From the NCBI GenBank assembly GCA_951406725.2, contig OX597819.1, positions 54,374,001-54,438,000 of the forward strand: a DNA stretch of 64,000 nucleotides. The letters run 5' to 3'. Positions 1 through 12,861 of the stretch are shown here, one piece after another. A model generated the notes under the pieces. That model was not told where the DNA came from. It saw nothing but the letters and a program-made list of their open reading frames with translations, and ran no database searches. How positions within the stretch are numbered: the stretch's first letter is position 1; each line of letters starts with the position of its first letter. This DNA comes from Octopus vulgaris (lineage: Eukaryota). The position numbers and the translations under genes are program-made.

Positions 1-791
1 CTCTCCCCTTATCTCTCCCTCTCTTTCTCTCGCTCCCCCTTTCTCTTTTTTCCAGCAATTATTTTTCAAATAAACATCTTATTAAATTAGGCCATTAATC
101 AATTATATAGCAAAATATGTTAACAGATTTTAAATTACCAACTACAGCTAAAACAATTTTGTTACGGAATTTATGTACCATATAATCTATCCACAGAATG
201 AGCAACAAAATATTTTATTTTATTTATTTGTTTTTGTGCATTTACTGCTCATCTTGTATATATATTATTTAACAGGATACTCGTTAATCATTTTTAAAAA
301 TGGTGTTTTTGTAAACTGGGAACAGCATTTTATTCAGTTTTTATATTTTAAAAATCTACATAGTCTAGCTTGTCAGTCTGAATAAAACATAATTCATATT
401 TGTTAAATAATTATTTTTCAAAGTTTGCATATAAAAAGGCCTACAAAGGATGTAGAGTAACTTAAAAACCTGCCAAAAACTTTCTCTGGTAAAAAGGTAT
501 CATTAATGGTTGATTGTTCAAAGAATTTAGGAAAACAAATCAAACTCTACAAATAATATTCTTTATAAAATAAGTTGATGTATTTATTGAAAAATACCAA
601 ACAAAAAAAATTCTTTAATATTTCGAAATTGAGTTGAAAAATGTAAATTTGTTTTCAGATGCACTAGATGTATTGCATTTTATTGTATAATTATTTTGTA
701 AAATATCCACCTGAAATCCATTATGTTTTCTCATCTGTTTTCAATAGGGAAAATGTTATATATATATATATTATTTTCTAATTTTATTTAG

Positions 792-878
792 GCTCCAGAG
801 GGAGAAAACCAACCTAGTACTGAAGTAGATTTGTTTGTGTCCACTGAAAAAATCATGGTTCTCAATACAGATCTCCAG
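792..878 (+). CDS. lin-10: Mint/X11/APBA-family adaptor, internal exon A (PTB domain)
   Basis: tttag|GCT...CAG|gtaata; 87 nt, phase 0. Translates APEGENQPSTEVDLFVSTEKIMVLNTDLQ, matching the X11/Mint PTB motif APEGE.QP.TEVDLF.ST. Missed by the ORF track. Confidence 0.96.
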
Positions 879-1203
879 GTAATATTATAATTATTGTCAT
901 TCTTGAAGTATGGAGCATTTTCTTTGACACCCTTTTTTTCATTTGGGAGATATAGTGCACTCAACACTGGCAAATCAACTTTTGCCATCAATTCTTACTT
1001 ATGACAATGTTAAATGTAGCAGGCTTTGTGAAATTTAACATTGCATCTAGCTAACTTGAGAAATATGTGTCTTATTTGATCTTTTGAAAGCACATCCAAT
1101 TCAAAACAATCTTTCTTTATTATGTAAAATGCTATCCATTGAGAAAGTCTGCACTCTTGCTATTACCTGCTTGTTGTTATTGTTATTATTATTATTATCA
1201 TTA

Positions 1204-1776
1204 TTATTACCCTGCATGCATAGGCGAAAGCAGGGTATTGTAATCACTCATCTTTGTTTGTCTGTGTTTGCAAAATTACTGGAAAACAGCTCAACGGATT
1301 TTCACCACATTTGGCAGAAATACTCATTGGGTGAGTGGCTCAAAATGATGAACATTTGGTTTGGTTATCTTTAAAAAAAAAAAGTTTTAAATCGAACTTA
1401 CAAATTTCCTGTTAAGCAACTGGTCACTTTCTTTTTTTTTTTTCACTTTCTTTTTCATATGAATCAACCCTCGTCTGTGTGTGTATATCAATCATGGTGT
1501 ACCTATGCATGTAGACACATGTGGGTACATACATACATATGCGACTCTGTGTGTGTACAGTGATGGATTTGAGGGTTTCATTTATTTATGAGTTGATTTT
1601 TTAATTTTACCAGAGTAAAATACTTATAATGGTGATACTTGAAAAAAAAAAGAAAGAAATTAAATCAGTTCAATTAAAAAGCAATGGTAAGCAACACATT
1701 GTAAACCACATTGCAATTTGTGGAAAAATTTATCTGCACGCAGGATATGCATTGCCCCTCCGATGACTTTTCTTTT
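1204..1776 (+). mobile_element. Non-autonomous Helentron-associated (HINE/DINE-1-like) element
   Basis: 5' TTATTACCCTGC..GCAGGGTA inverted repeat, short GTTT/GTCT tract and CGGATTTTCACCACATTTGG core. A 3' subterminal inverted copy TGCACGCAGGATA lies near 1735-1747, and the ends are T-rich. Confidence 0.6.
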
Positions 1777-1790
1777 CATTATTATATTTA

Positions 1791-2242
1791 AGGCGGTGAG
1801 CTGACAGAATCATTACCATGCTGGGCAAAGTGCTTAGCATTCTGTCCATCTTTACATTCTGAGCTCAAATTCTGCCAATGTTGACTTTGCCTTTAGTCCT
1901 TTTGGGGTTGATTAAATAGGTGCCAGTTATGCACTGGTGATGATGTAATCAACTGGTCCCCTCCCTCAAAATTTCAGGCTTTGTGCTTATAGTAGAAAGG
2001 AATATTATTATTATATATAAGGCAGTGAACTGGCAGAATTATTAGCACACCAAGCAAAATGCTAAGGGGTATTTCATCCATTTTTACTCAAATTCTGCCA
2101 AGGTGGACTTTGCCTTTCATCCTTTCTGGGTTAATAAAATAAATACCACTTGAGTACTGGGATCAAAGTAATCAACTTGCTCCCCAAAATTTCAGGCCTT
2201 GTGCCTATAGTACACAGGATCATAATAATAATAATAATAATA

Positions 2243-2278
<36 letters not shown>

Positions 2279-2465
2279 GCAAGCTGACAGAATTGTTAGC
2301 ATGCTGGGCAAAATGTTACTAAGCATTCTGAATTCAAGTTCCACTGAGGCTGACTTTGCCTTTTATCATTTCATGGTTGATAAAATAAAATACCAATTAA
2401 GCACTAGGATCTCAGTGTAATCAACTTGCCTCCTCCCTTCTCAAAATTATTGGTCTTGTGCACAG
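1791..2465 (+). mobile_element. Three head-to-tail tRNA-derived SINEs (MetaSINE-like core)
   Basis: Copies at about 1791-2000, 2021-2220 and 2278-2465 share the head GGC(G/A)G(T/C)GAGCTG(G/A)CAGAAT and the core GACTTTGCCTTTCATCCTTT..GGGTTGATAAAAT, separated by (TTA/TAA)n. Confidence 0.85.
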
Positions 2466-3153
2466 AAAAAAAAAATGTTACTAATTTTCTGTAAAATGAA
2501 TTCCAAGTATAAATGGTAAAAGCGAGTAATACCCAGCAGTGTCTATTATTCAAACTGTTGAATAATAATGATTTCTTTTATTGACCACAAGGGCCCAAGA
2601 CATGGAGGACAATATCAAAGGACGAGTTTATTTACTGTAAACAAAAACTAAGGAATATTTTGTTAGAAAAGTATGAAATGTTTAGTATGTCACATTGAAA
2701 TATAGAAATGTTTATTAAATTTTGGGATTATTTTAGACATTTAAAAGAAGAATATTTGAGTTTTTATGGGGTTTTTTTCCCGCAAAATGGTTCATGATGT
2801 TACAAGGCTGGGAATTTTACAGATTAGGAAATAAATGATTTAAATATGTAACCAGCTATGTTAATATTACTAAATTTTCATGGATTGCAATAAATAAATA
2901 AATGAATAAATGAATGAAAACAAAATAAAAGAAGATTTGGAAAATTTACTTCACTTTTTATTATTATTTTTTAAATCTTTAAATGCAAACACTCAGAGAT
3001 CTTTAATATTGTTGAATTGAGATTGACTACTGCTGGAAAATTAACTATCAAATATCTACAGTTTGCTTCTACTGTGCAGTATGACAGTTTAGTCCTTTCC
3101 CATCGTTTAGTCAAGAAACTAATTAAAAGTGTGCATGTGTGTGTGTATATGTA

Positions 3154-3195
<42 letters not shown>

Positions 3196-3655
3196 GTAAT
3201 GATTCTGCTTAGTCATATCAGTATTAATAACCAGTTGCTAGAACCCAATATATATTTATATTTCACAGTAGTAGTATGGTAGTAAGCTCTAAAAGCAAGG
3301 GGTTGTGATGTCCTCTGCTCTAGATTCTTATATGAATCAGAAAGTACAAAGCATAATATTAATAAATATATGATGAAAGGACAGGAGTTGCATAATGTGT
3401 GTGTGTATGTTTATATGTGTGTAATTTTATTTTTCACCATTTCTATTTGTTGCTATATACTATACTAAATATATAATTTTTTTGTTGAGGTTCTTGCTTA
3501 AAATGTTTAACAATTCATTTACATGAATGCGATGTTCATAGTACTCATCTTTGTATGCTTTAGCTCTTTTCATTTCTTTACCTCATCTTAGGTAAATGTT
3601 ATAAAACTTGTTTTTCATTGAAATTTGTCACAATTAAAATTTTTCGCTTCTACAG

Positions 3656-3820
3656 GAAATCATGATGGATCATTCCTTACGGACAATATCATATATTGCT
3701 GACATTGGCGACATCCTGGTAATCATGGCTCGCCGGCGTCTCCTCTCCAGCCCGGGGGATGAATCTTTACGAAGAAAGAAACAGGCGAAGATTCTTTGTC
3801 ATGTCTTTGAATCTGACGAG
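3656..3820 (+). CDS. lin-10: Mint/X11/APBA-family adaptor, exon B (PTB domain)
   Basis: tacag|GAA...GAG|gtaagt; 165 nt, phase 0. [28 protein letters not shown]...[11 protein letters not shown] carries the X11 PTB signature [15 protein letters not shown]. Confidence 0.97.
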
Positions 3821-5297
3821 GTAAGTTCATTTATGTATTTAGAATTTCGTTAGTATTCAGAAATTATTCAATTGTTGTTTAGCTTTAGATTAGCTCTTAT
3901 TATTCAGACATGTAATCAAAGGTTTTTTTAACTTGATCAGAGCTAACCTAGGGTTATTCAACAATAACTTTAATTATGAAGCTTGAGCAAAGCTTACTCA
4001 ATATCATATCTGGATCAATATTGATCATCCTAATTGGTTATTAATTATACAGAAAAAAGTTTCTGGTTTCCTTAGTTGTGTTGCTTCTAATAAGAATGCA
4101 CATGGTTAGCAAAAATGATTGCAATTTCTTTTTAATTCAGTGTATAAAAGTAAAGTAGATTTTCAACTGAAAATATTTTATTAAAGCAAAGCTGTAAAAA
4201 AGATTTTACCATAGCAATGTGCTCAATCAGGTCTTTTTTCATAGTAATATGCATTTTACTCAGCATTCAAGATGTTGCATAATATTGTAGAATTTAGCTC
4301 TCATAAATTCCTTTATTTCTTAATTTTGTTTGTTTAGAAAACCTTATCTTTTTAGCTTTTCAATTAACCATCATTATGTAAAAGTTTTGCAACCCTTCAT
4401 TGTGGGATTCCTGTACTAATTGAACTTGATCATGTCCTTCTAGATATTCACTCTATAATGTCCAGTAATTCTTCAACTTGAATTCTCTATTAAAATGGAA
4501 ATTATTCAGTTGAAGTGGTTTTTCTGAAGACTTCTTGTTTCTTCAGAATCTTTGTCATTGTATGCAATGAAGCCCTTGCTTTTTCTCCTAAGTTAGACAT
4601 TGCTATTGTGACATTGTTCAACTTTATGATAATATACTATCTAGTTCTTCACTCAAATCTACATTATTTTTAAAAATAAAATTACTTTTGTGTACAGAAC
4701 ATTTTTTTATTATATTTAAAGCTATAAGTAAATAATACAATTAGATGATAAAAATTATAATTAAGAAAATTTGTTATCATTTTGACTAACTCTATACACA
4801 GAATGGTACTTTTTTAAGTCCCTGATCCACAGAGTATAACAGATTTTCTAATATAATATTTATATTACTAATTTAAAAGATTTATTTTTATTTAGGTTTT
4901 TTTATGAAAATTTCGCTCTATGTTGAGATTGAATTATTTTATAGCTATACATTTGTTACAATAAAATATTCCCTTCTGATCATTTTAACAACTTACACCT
5001 GGTTAAATAAATCTGATACTAATTTGTATGTAATTACAACAGCCAAAAAGTATGAGGTAGTAAAACCTAAAAAATATTATGGACACAATTTCAGAAAATG
5101 CTTTTTAATGTATTTAGATAAAGATAAGGAATGCATCTTGATATAGTGATAAAACTTTGCTTAGTGCAAGCCTGTAATCAACAAATTTTTCTGTATCAAC
5201 TTGTTTATTTTTTATAAATTGCTTTTGTTTTGGCTTCAAACTCATATAATTAAAAATATTTGTGTATTTGAAACGATGCTTCATGAAAACTAGACTA

Positions 5298-5457
5298 CGC
5301 TGGTTTGGTTGTGTGGTAAGAAGCTTGCTTCCCAGCCACATGGTTCTAGGTTCAGTTCCACTGTGTGGCACCTTGGGCAAGTGTTTTCTACTATAGCTTC
5401 TGGCTGACCAAAGCTTTGTGAGTGGATATGGTAAACGGAAACTGAAAGAAGCCCATC

Positions 5458-5495
<38 letters not shown>

Positions 5496-5700
5496 GTGTG
5501 TGTGTGTTCATCACCGTTTGACAACTGATGTTGGTGTGGTTATATCCCTGTAACTTAGTGGTTCAGCAAAATAGACTGATAGAATAAGTTCTAGTCTTAA
5601 AAAAAGTCCTGGGGGTTGATTCATTTGACTAAAACCCATCAAGGCAGTGCTCCAGCATGGCCACAGTCAAATGACTGAATTAAGTAAAAGAATAAAAGAG
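5298..5700 (+). mobile_element. tRNA-derived SINE with CORE-like ACCTTGGGCAAGT segment
   Basis: Head TGTGTGGTAAGAAGCTTGCTTCCC..CCACATGGTTC..GGTTCAGT.CCACTG followed by GGCACCTTGGGCAAGTG. Related copies near 9500-9790, 10135-10300, 15505-15905 and 62550-62850 (+), and 10600-10700, 25500-25625, 26400-26560, 34260-34660, 39780-39920 and 49985-50120 (-). Confidence 0.8.
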
Positions 5701-6885
5701 TGTATATATGATGCATTATCATCATCATTTAATGTCCATGTTTCGTGGTGGCATGAGGTGAACATTTTGACAGGAACTGATATGTCTAAGGACTGCATCA
5801 AGCTCCATTATCTGCTTTGGCATGATTTTGCTGCTGGATGCCCTTCCTAGTACCAACCATTTTACAGCATAGACTATATCTCTGTATCTATCTATATATA
5901 TATCTATATATCTATATATATATATATATATTTGTGGTAGGAGTAATTTAGTTACTCAGATGCAATAATTTTAATATTACTTGAGGGAGAAAAAAACCCA
6001 AATAAATAATAATAATTGAGACTACCTATTCAACAGAACTAATAATTTTTTTATAAATTAAAGGGTATGCTATTTTCCCATCTGGACTTGAAAAACGACA
6101 CTTTGTTTCAGTACTGTTACACTAGAGGCTAATTAATTTTTATTAATAAGTAATGTTTCATTATGTAGTGCATGTACAACCTCATTGATATTTAAAAAAT
6201 CTCATTTTCTTTACATCTGTTTCACAAAAACATTGCCAGACAAATAATAATAACATAAGTTATATAGTCTTACTTATTTTTCCAATATAGAAAAATTGAT
6301 TGACATTGATACAAGAAGAAAATAGAAAAATTGAATAAGTTACACTGTTTTCCCTTATTCTTTCATCAATTTTAGTTCTACTCTATTCTACCTTCTCAAC
6401 CAATCACTTGTGTTCCTCTTCTCTTCAATACCTTTCTACCACACAGGGAGTGTGCTGCTTTGGAAATCACTAATTAGTATGGTATTGGCTATTTATATTG
6501 GTAGGCTGCATACTATGAATATTTTGATCTGAACCTCTGGCTTTATAGAATTAGCGGTTGATGTTTTTTACAAGGACATTAGTCTCAGATGTGAAGTGAA
6601 ATAGCTTGTATCAGAAACCAAAATCATGTTATTGTAGATTTGGTCACCTAAGAATTTACAGTAAGATTACAGCACTTGCTTGAGACTTGACTCTACACTG
6701 CAGCACTTCATTCATAGAAATGTAGTATGTAAGTTCATACTACAACAATACTTGTAAATTTTTTTTTTTAATGAATAATTTATCCTGTTGGACATTTTGG
6801 GAGTACATTTGTCAAAACATATGTAGAAAAATTCAAGATATAAATGGTTTAACAACATCCCGAGCGTTCGTCTACTTATTCAATT

Positions 6886-6927
<42 letters not shown>

Positions 6928-9900
6928 AACAGACAGACAGATAGATAATTTTCATACACACACCTAAAAACAGATGTTAAACAGGAAGATGATTATTTAA
7001 ATGTTGTTTGCAAGTTGACTCTATATCTGTGTTGATTAATCTTGAGAAACTTTTTGTTGTTTTTCTTCTTAGAACTAATAATTTTACTCTTTAGAGAAGA
7101 AAAGCAATTTTTATTATTCATGTACAGAAAAATGAAAGGTTAAGATAATACAATTTGTATGATTAAGATGAAGTTTAAAAGAATACCTAGAGAAGGAAAT
7201 TTCATTGTGGAGCTGTTCTTCATTTTATGATGTACACTAGACAGATAGGAGTGCTGGTGAGAAGCATATAGGTATACTGGACAGATTCAAGCAATAGACA
7301 GAGCACTGTCAGAAAATTTCAGGAAAGCATTGTCTGCGAAATACAAAGATAAAGCAAGGAAAATGACAGTAAAGAACTATATAAATTAAAATATGTTGTC
7401 GGTAAAATAAATTTTGTCAGGTAGACAAATGACCTTTTGATAATGATGATGACGATTTAACATGGTAATAATACAAAGAATGTTCACCACTCTGTCCATT
7501 AGAAATATTTAATATTACAAAAGTATAATACTATGCTTATACTATTGATGATCCAAACTTGATTGTTTTGAATAATGATTAAAGATTTTTTAATTAAATT
7601 CTCAATATAGTCTATCATTCCCTTTTATTATTTCATGTCTACATCAAATTCTTCCTTTATTTCTCAAATCATCCAAACAAGGTGTTTTCAGATTTTTGTT
7701 CTGTGAGAGTAGGAAGAAAGAAAAAAAAGATTTTAAGAGTATTATATCAATTCACAGAAAATTTCAGACAGAAGTTGTTTTGTGAAATGCTTGTGCTGTA
7801 ACATGCTAAAAGAAATATTAAAAAAAAAAAGAAAAAGAAAGAAAGAAAGCAAATTATGTAAATTGATAACTTGAAATTATTCTTTTAATTACTTTGCTGG
7901 TTCACAAGAAATATCAATCTGGTTATTATATTTCTAACATAACAATATACTTTGAGTGTGTAGCCAAGCAACTACATCACATTTATCAGTTGATGCAACA
8001 TGTATCAGTATGATGGTGTCTGAACTGTTGCCGAACACAATTTAGTTACCTATCTGTAGATCATCCCTTATTCATTAGTGTTAATAATGTTATTGGTCTG
8101 TCTGTTTTCTATTACTTCATTAAATCAATATTTTTTTTTTCAACATTCGAAATTGGTTTAGCTATATTTCATTTGTTTGTCTGTAAAATTTTTATATGCA
8201 ATAAAAAATATATTACTTCTTTTATTCCTACACCCAATAAAATTTTGGGGCAAAGATTCAACTTAATTTTATCATTATACTAGTGAATTGTTTTTTCATA
8301 CTTTCTATACTTTGATTTTTTTTTAAGGAAATATAAATTGTCTTTATTCTAGAACATACAGATGAAATTGTAAACAGATATTTATTTAGAATTATCAATT
8401 ATTTCTACATTTAGTTTACTGCAGCATCTTCCCAACTATGTCCTTGACATTCTATAACTGACATAGTACACCTGCTGTTCTTCCATTTCTCTGGGAAGTC
8501 AATAGAAGTGGTGGGGAAAAAACTACAAAACAAAAACTATCATAAAAACATATTCCATTTCTTTCCTAAGTTTCAATGTATCACTTGCTATAAATCAGTA
8601 TCATGGTTCTGACAGAAGCCTCTGATTGGCCAAACATTACTAAAACATTTCTATGTGTTCTGGGGATCAATTTATCTATAATCTAGTTATCATGTTAAAA
8701 TAGTCTTAATGATTGAATTATTCAGTCTTGTTTGTCACCTGTCAAATTTCAAGGTTTTTCTCCTTTTGATTGAAATAATATAGTAACTGCCATATCATGG
8801 AATAAGCTTCAATTCTGGTTTTAATATTACAAAGAAAAGAAAATAACTAGCTCAATTATTCAATTAGATGTAAACTATAAATATAAAAGATTTTTTAAAA
8901 TGTAATATTGAGTTTTCTAAAAGAATTGGCTTGATATTTCATATTTATAAGAGAAGGAAAGTTGAGTTTGTGATGTTTAAGTCTTTGTAAAAAGATATTA
9001 GTGTTGGCAAGTGAATTAAAATAGGAATTATAGCTGGTTTTACTGGGAAGATACCTTTGCTCTCTACTCTTTATAACTAGACTTCTCATTAAAATTGTTG
9101 AATGCTAATGAGATTGTGATTTCTTTACTATTTTGTTGTTGTTGTGAACCTGATGAAGTAGATCTATGGTCAAAAGCGTTCCAGCCATGACCAGCCAATC
9201 TCTTCATTTTTCCAGGCATCTTATAGCTAATATGACATTACTTAATGTTGTCTTGGATATCGTCTTTTTTTTTTAGTTAGACAGTAGAGTATAATTTAAA
9301 AGAAATATAGTTTCAGTTTCTAGGTTAATGACTATCTAAGGTTCCTTTGTTGACTCATTTGTTGTTTAAGAGCATATCTGGAATTTTCTTCCTTTTTTTT
9401 TGGACTTAAAAGTTCTATAAATTTAATTATTTTCATTTTCATAATTGCTTGAAAGCGGAATTAACTTTTGCAACAGAACTATTTGCAAATGAGGATGGGT
9501 GTGGGTATGACTGTTGGTTAAGAAATTTGCAGCTCTGCTGAAGGGCACCTGGAGCAAGTGTCTTGGCCAACCAAACCCTTGTGAGTGGATTTGTGTGTAA
9601 GTGTTCCTTTGCCTTGACATTGTGTGATGGTTGTAAACAAGTTTTTTTCCAATCTTCTGTGAAAAACTTGTTTACTCATGGGGAACTATTACCTTGCTTG
9701 GTGACAGAAAGGGTATCTAGCTCTAGAGAGTCTGCCTCAGAAGATTCTGTCTGATTCATGCAGGCATAGAAAAATGGGCATTAAAATGATGACGACGATA
9801 TGTGTGCTTTATAAGGAATAACCTAAAATATAATTTGATCAAATGTTTTTTCTTTCATACATACACTCATTAGTTTCCATTTGTTTTGCATTTCTTTATG

Positions 9901-11019
9901 CTGGCATGGGTTAGATGGACATTTATTAAGGCAGTATTTTATGGTTAGATATACTTTCCGTCATCAAGCTTACCTCTTTTTCAAGTTAGGGATATTTTTT
10001 ATTCCACATTCCACTGGTCTTCAAAATTGCTCAACATGACATATTGTTTACATGGAATGTAAGTATGACATCACTGATTGCTCAGATGGTATCATGTAAG
10101 GATGCAGAATGTAAACATACACATACAGCAGGCACAGATATGGCAGTGTGGTTATGAAATTTTTTCCTAACCATGTCCCTTCATATCCAGTTTCATTGTG
10201 TGGTACCTTGGGCAAGTGTTTTCTACTAATAACCCTGGCCTGACCAAAACTTTGTGAATGGATTTGGTAGATGGAAGCTAAAAGAAGTCTGCCGTGTGTG
10301 TCTGTATATGTAAGAATGCATGTATATGTGTGTGTGTGTGTTGGTTTACATTTGATCTTCTAAAATCACTGAGCTACAAGTGATGACATTGATTCTGTTT
10401 TCAACAAATCATCTGCTAGCTTTGTGCCTTCAAAGATGTAGGAATAGAAAATCTCTTACTTAAAAAGCAGATCAGGGTTAAATAACTAGAAGAGCATCCA
10501 GCTGTAAAATAATGCTTGAATAATATCAATGAGAGCATGGTAAAACAGTAGTAAAAACAAACAAATGAATGATATATGTATATATATATTATATATAACA
10601 GACTTCCATACAGTTTCCATCTACTAGTTTCACTCACATGGCATTGGTTAGCTTGAAACTGTACTGAGAGACACTTGCCTTAGGTGCCAAGGGTAGAACC
10701 TTAAAAGTTATATTTTGATGTGAATCTAAAGCCACATAGTCACCTATACATATACACACACACACATAAATTGTGTTACAAATGCATTTTTTGAGAGTTT
10801 ATTGGTTTACGAGCTTAATCTCCTTTAATTAAGCATTTATTGTTATTCAACAAAAGACAGTGTTTATCAGGCAACTTAACTGGTGGATGATATTTAATCT
10901 TATAGTCTGCCTCAGTAATAATCCACAGCCAAGTTAATGTCTCTTAAATCTAACACAGCACAGCTAAAATTTTCTGAAGAAATGTTCAAGCTAAGTAATG
11001 ATCATGAACGATTAACTGA

Positions 11020-11960
11020 AGCTGGTGCAGGTTATACCATGTTCTCAAAGAAGTACATCTATCCTCATTTATCACAGAGGTTTGACTCCAAAAAACAGTG
11101 ATAAATGAGTCTACTCCATGCACTTTGTAAATGGAGCAAATGATAGGTTGACACCCAACTTGCTGCCCATAGCAATGAAGCTTCTACTGTTATGTATTTT
11201 CTTTATTATCTCTACTTTTTGCTGTTGAGAATACACTCATCTATGTAATTTGTTAAGATCAGATGCCTGTGTTTTGTTTGTTCATTTGTACCATGTTGAT
11301 AGATACAAGTATGTAAATTCATATAAAAAAATATGCAGCCTCACAACATTGTCTTGTGAGCACTACAATAGTCAGTGCATTATGGGTAGCTGTGGGTGGT
11401 TGCTGGAGAATGTTTTTGTGTTCCAAGCAGACTCTTTGACTGATCATAAACCATGTTATCACAGATCACCCTGTGATAAGCACAGCATGATTCACAATTG
11501 TGCGTATCATGTTACTCTGAGTCAGTAATGAATGAAGCTTCATGTATGAGATAAGGTTTCCATTTATTGTAGGAGGTTTCACAGAGAAAAATGCTCTCTC
11601 TCTTTTTACTCAATGAAACAAATGATTAGTGGTCAAACTGCTTCAGAACAGACCCTCAGTTTCACAAGTGTAGAAATGAAATGTTTATGATTTGCGTTTA
11701 GCACATGGATTTTAGAGTTGAGACCATAGCCTGGGATTAGCATTATGATTGTATCACAAGGTAAATTAATATATTTCTTAGTCTTAGCTTTTAATTGGGG
11801 CAATTGGTAGAAAGGAAGACTCATCTAGCTTCTGCACTTGAACATCCTTGATCAGTCTAGTCAGCAAACAAAATTTTAGCTCTAGCCAAATTCATGTTAT
11901 GGATGGAGTCCCACAGCCTTATCATAGAGAAAGTTAGTTTGAACCTTGATAAAAACATAC
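11020..11960 (-). pseudogene. Highly decayed DNA-transposon coding relic, possibly Academ (XPG-like + Cys cluster)
   Basis: Minus-strand fragments across frameshifts read HA..ITG[C]D...KESAWNT, EAAYFFI, ASDLNKLHR*VYSQ, plus a Cys-containing tail (CDK...CT...GITCTSF). This is the order seen in HAxTGCD/CXC transposon proteins. Confidence 0.33.
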
Positions 11961-12254
11961 TCTTGTGTGGAACAGCAATTTTTACCACAGGGCTCTTAAT
12001 AGATTGACTGCATCAGTATTTCAACACTTTCTGAAACCAGATTCTATGAGTTTGTACAAATATCTGATTTTGGCTCTTCCATATTGTGACAAAGCTAATC
12101 TACAAATGGAACAAGATATTTTAGGCTCTAAAATTTACTGTTTTGACAGCAGTTGTTTGACTCTGTGTGTGTGTAAATATATTTGAATACATTCATATAT
12201 ATGTGTATATGCATTTGTACACATGCACACACTCGCACGTATACATATATTTAT

Positions 12255-12259
12255 GTGTG

Positions 12260-12335
<76 letters not shown>
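12255..12335. repeat. (TA)n microsatellite, representative of many
   Basis: Long TA run. Other TA/GT/GA runs occur near 3160, 5465, 5890, 6889, 12812, 13989, 16919, 28400, 30885 and 46160; (TTA)n runs near 2222 and 13080. Confidence 0.95.
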
Positions 12336-12338
<3 letters not shown>

Positions 12339-12812
12339 TTATGAGGATGTTCACTTTGCATCTTGAGTAGCAAGTGTATTTTTTTTTTATTTGTATAGTG
12401 GGATAGCTAATTGTTGAAGGCAAGTATTTAACTAGCTTTATTAATAAACTTACTTTAGTGATCATTTGTTACAAAATATTTCAATGACAGTGTAAGCAGC
12501 CCTTCTACGTATAATAGGTGCTGATGTTGCCATTGTTTGGTCAAATTGTTTTAATTTTAGTAATCATTTATATCATGTACAATAGAACATGAGTCAGACA
12601 CCTGACTTTTTGTGTCGAGGAGAGGGTTGGAAAACTGATGTGTAGGGATAGCTACAGCATTACTATACAGGCAGTGGACATTTATGTAACAACTTTGTGT
12701 GTCAAAGTAGGTGTATTTCTAAATTCTTTATTCTTCTATTACTACAAGTCTATCTTTTCATGTTGTGGCCATTTATCTTAGTCAATTTTATAAATACTTT
12801 GATCTATATATA

Positions 12813-12861
<49 letters not shown>

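Noticed and set aside
652-676. Possible microexon upstream of exon A (ttttcag ATGCACTAGAT gtattg)
   Set aside because: 11 nt, with an in-frame TAG and a weak donor.
788-991. Minus-strand ORF (also 63242-63439 minus and 63705-63899 plus)
   Set aside because: These are antisense shadows or wrong-frame readings of real Mint exons.
4330-4660. Possible Tigger/CENP-B HTH relic on the minus strand
   Set aside because: Only vague fragments (GEKARASLHTMTKILKKQE); no TIRs or diagnostic motif.
10141-10154. TGGCAGTGTGGTTA matches the 5' end of miR-34
   Set aside because: It is the A-box region of a SINE head; the match stops after 14 nt and there is no hairpin partner.
12167-12465. YIYIYI/THTH-rich ORFs here and throughout the ORF track
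   Set aside because: Translations of dinucleotide microsatellites and SINEs; not genes.
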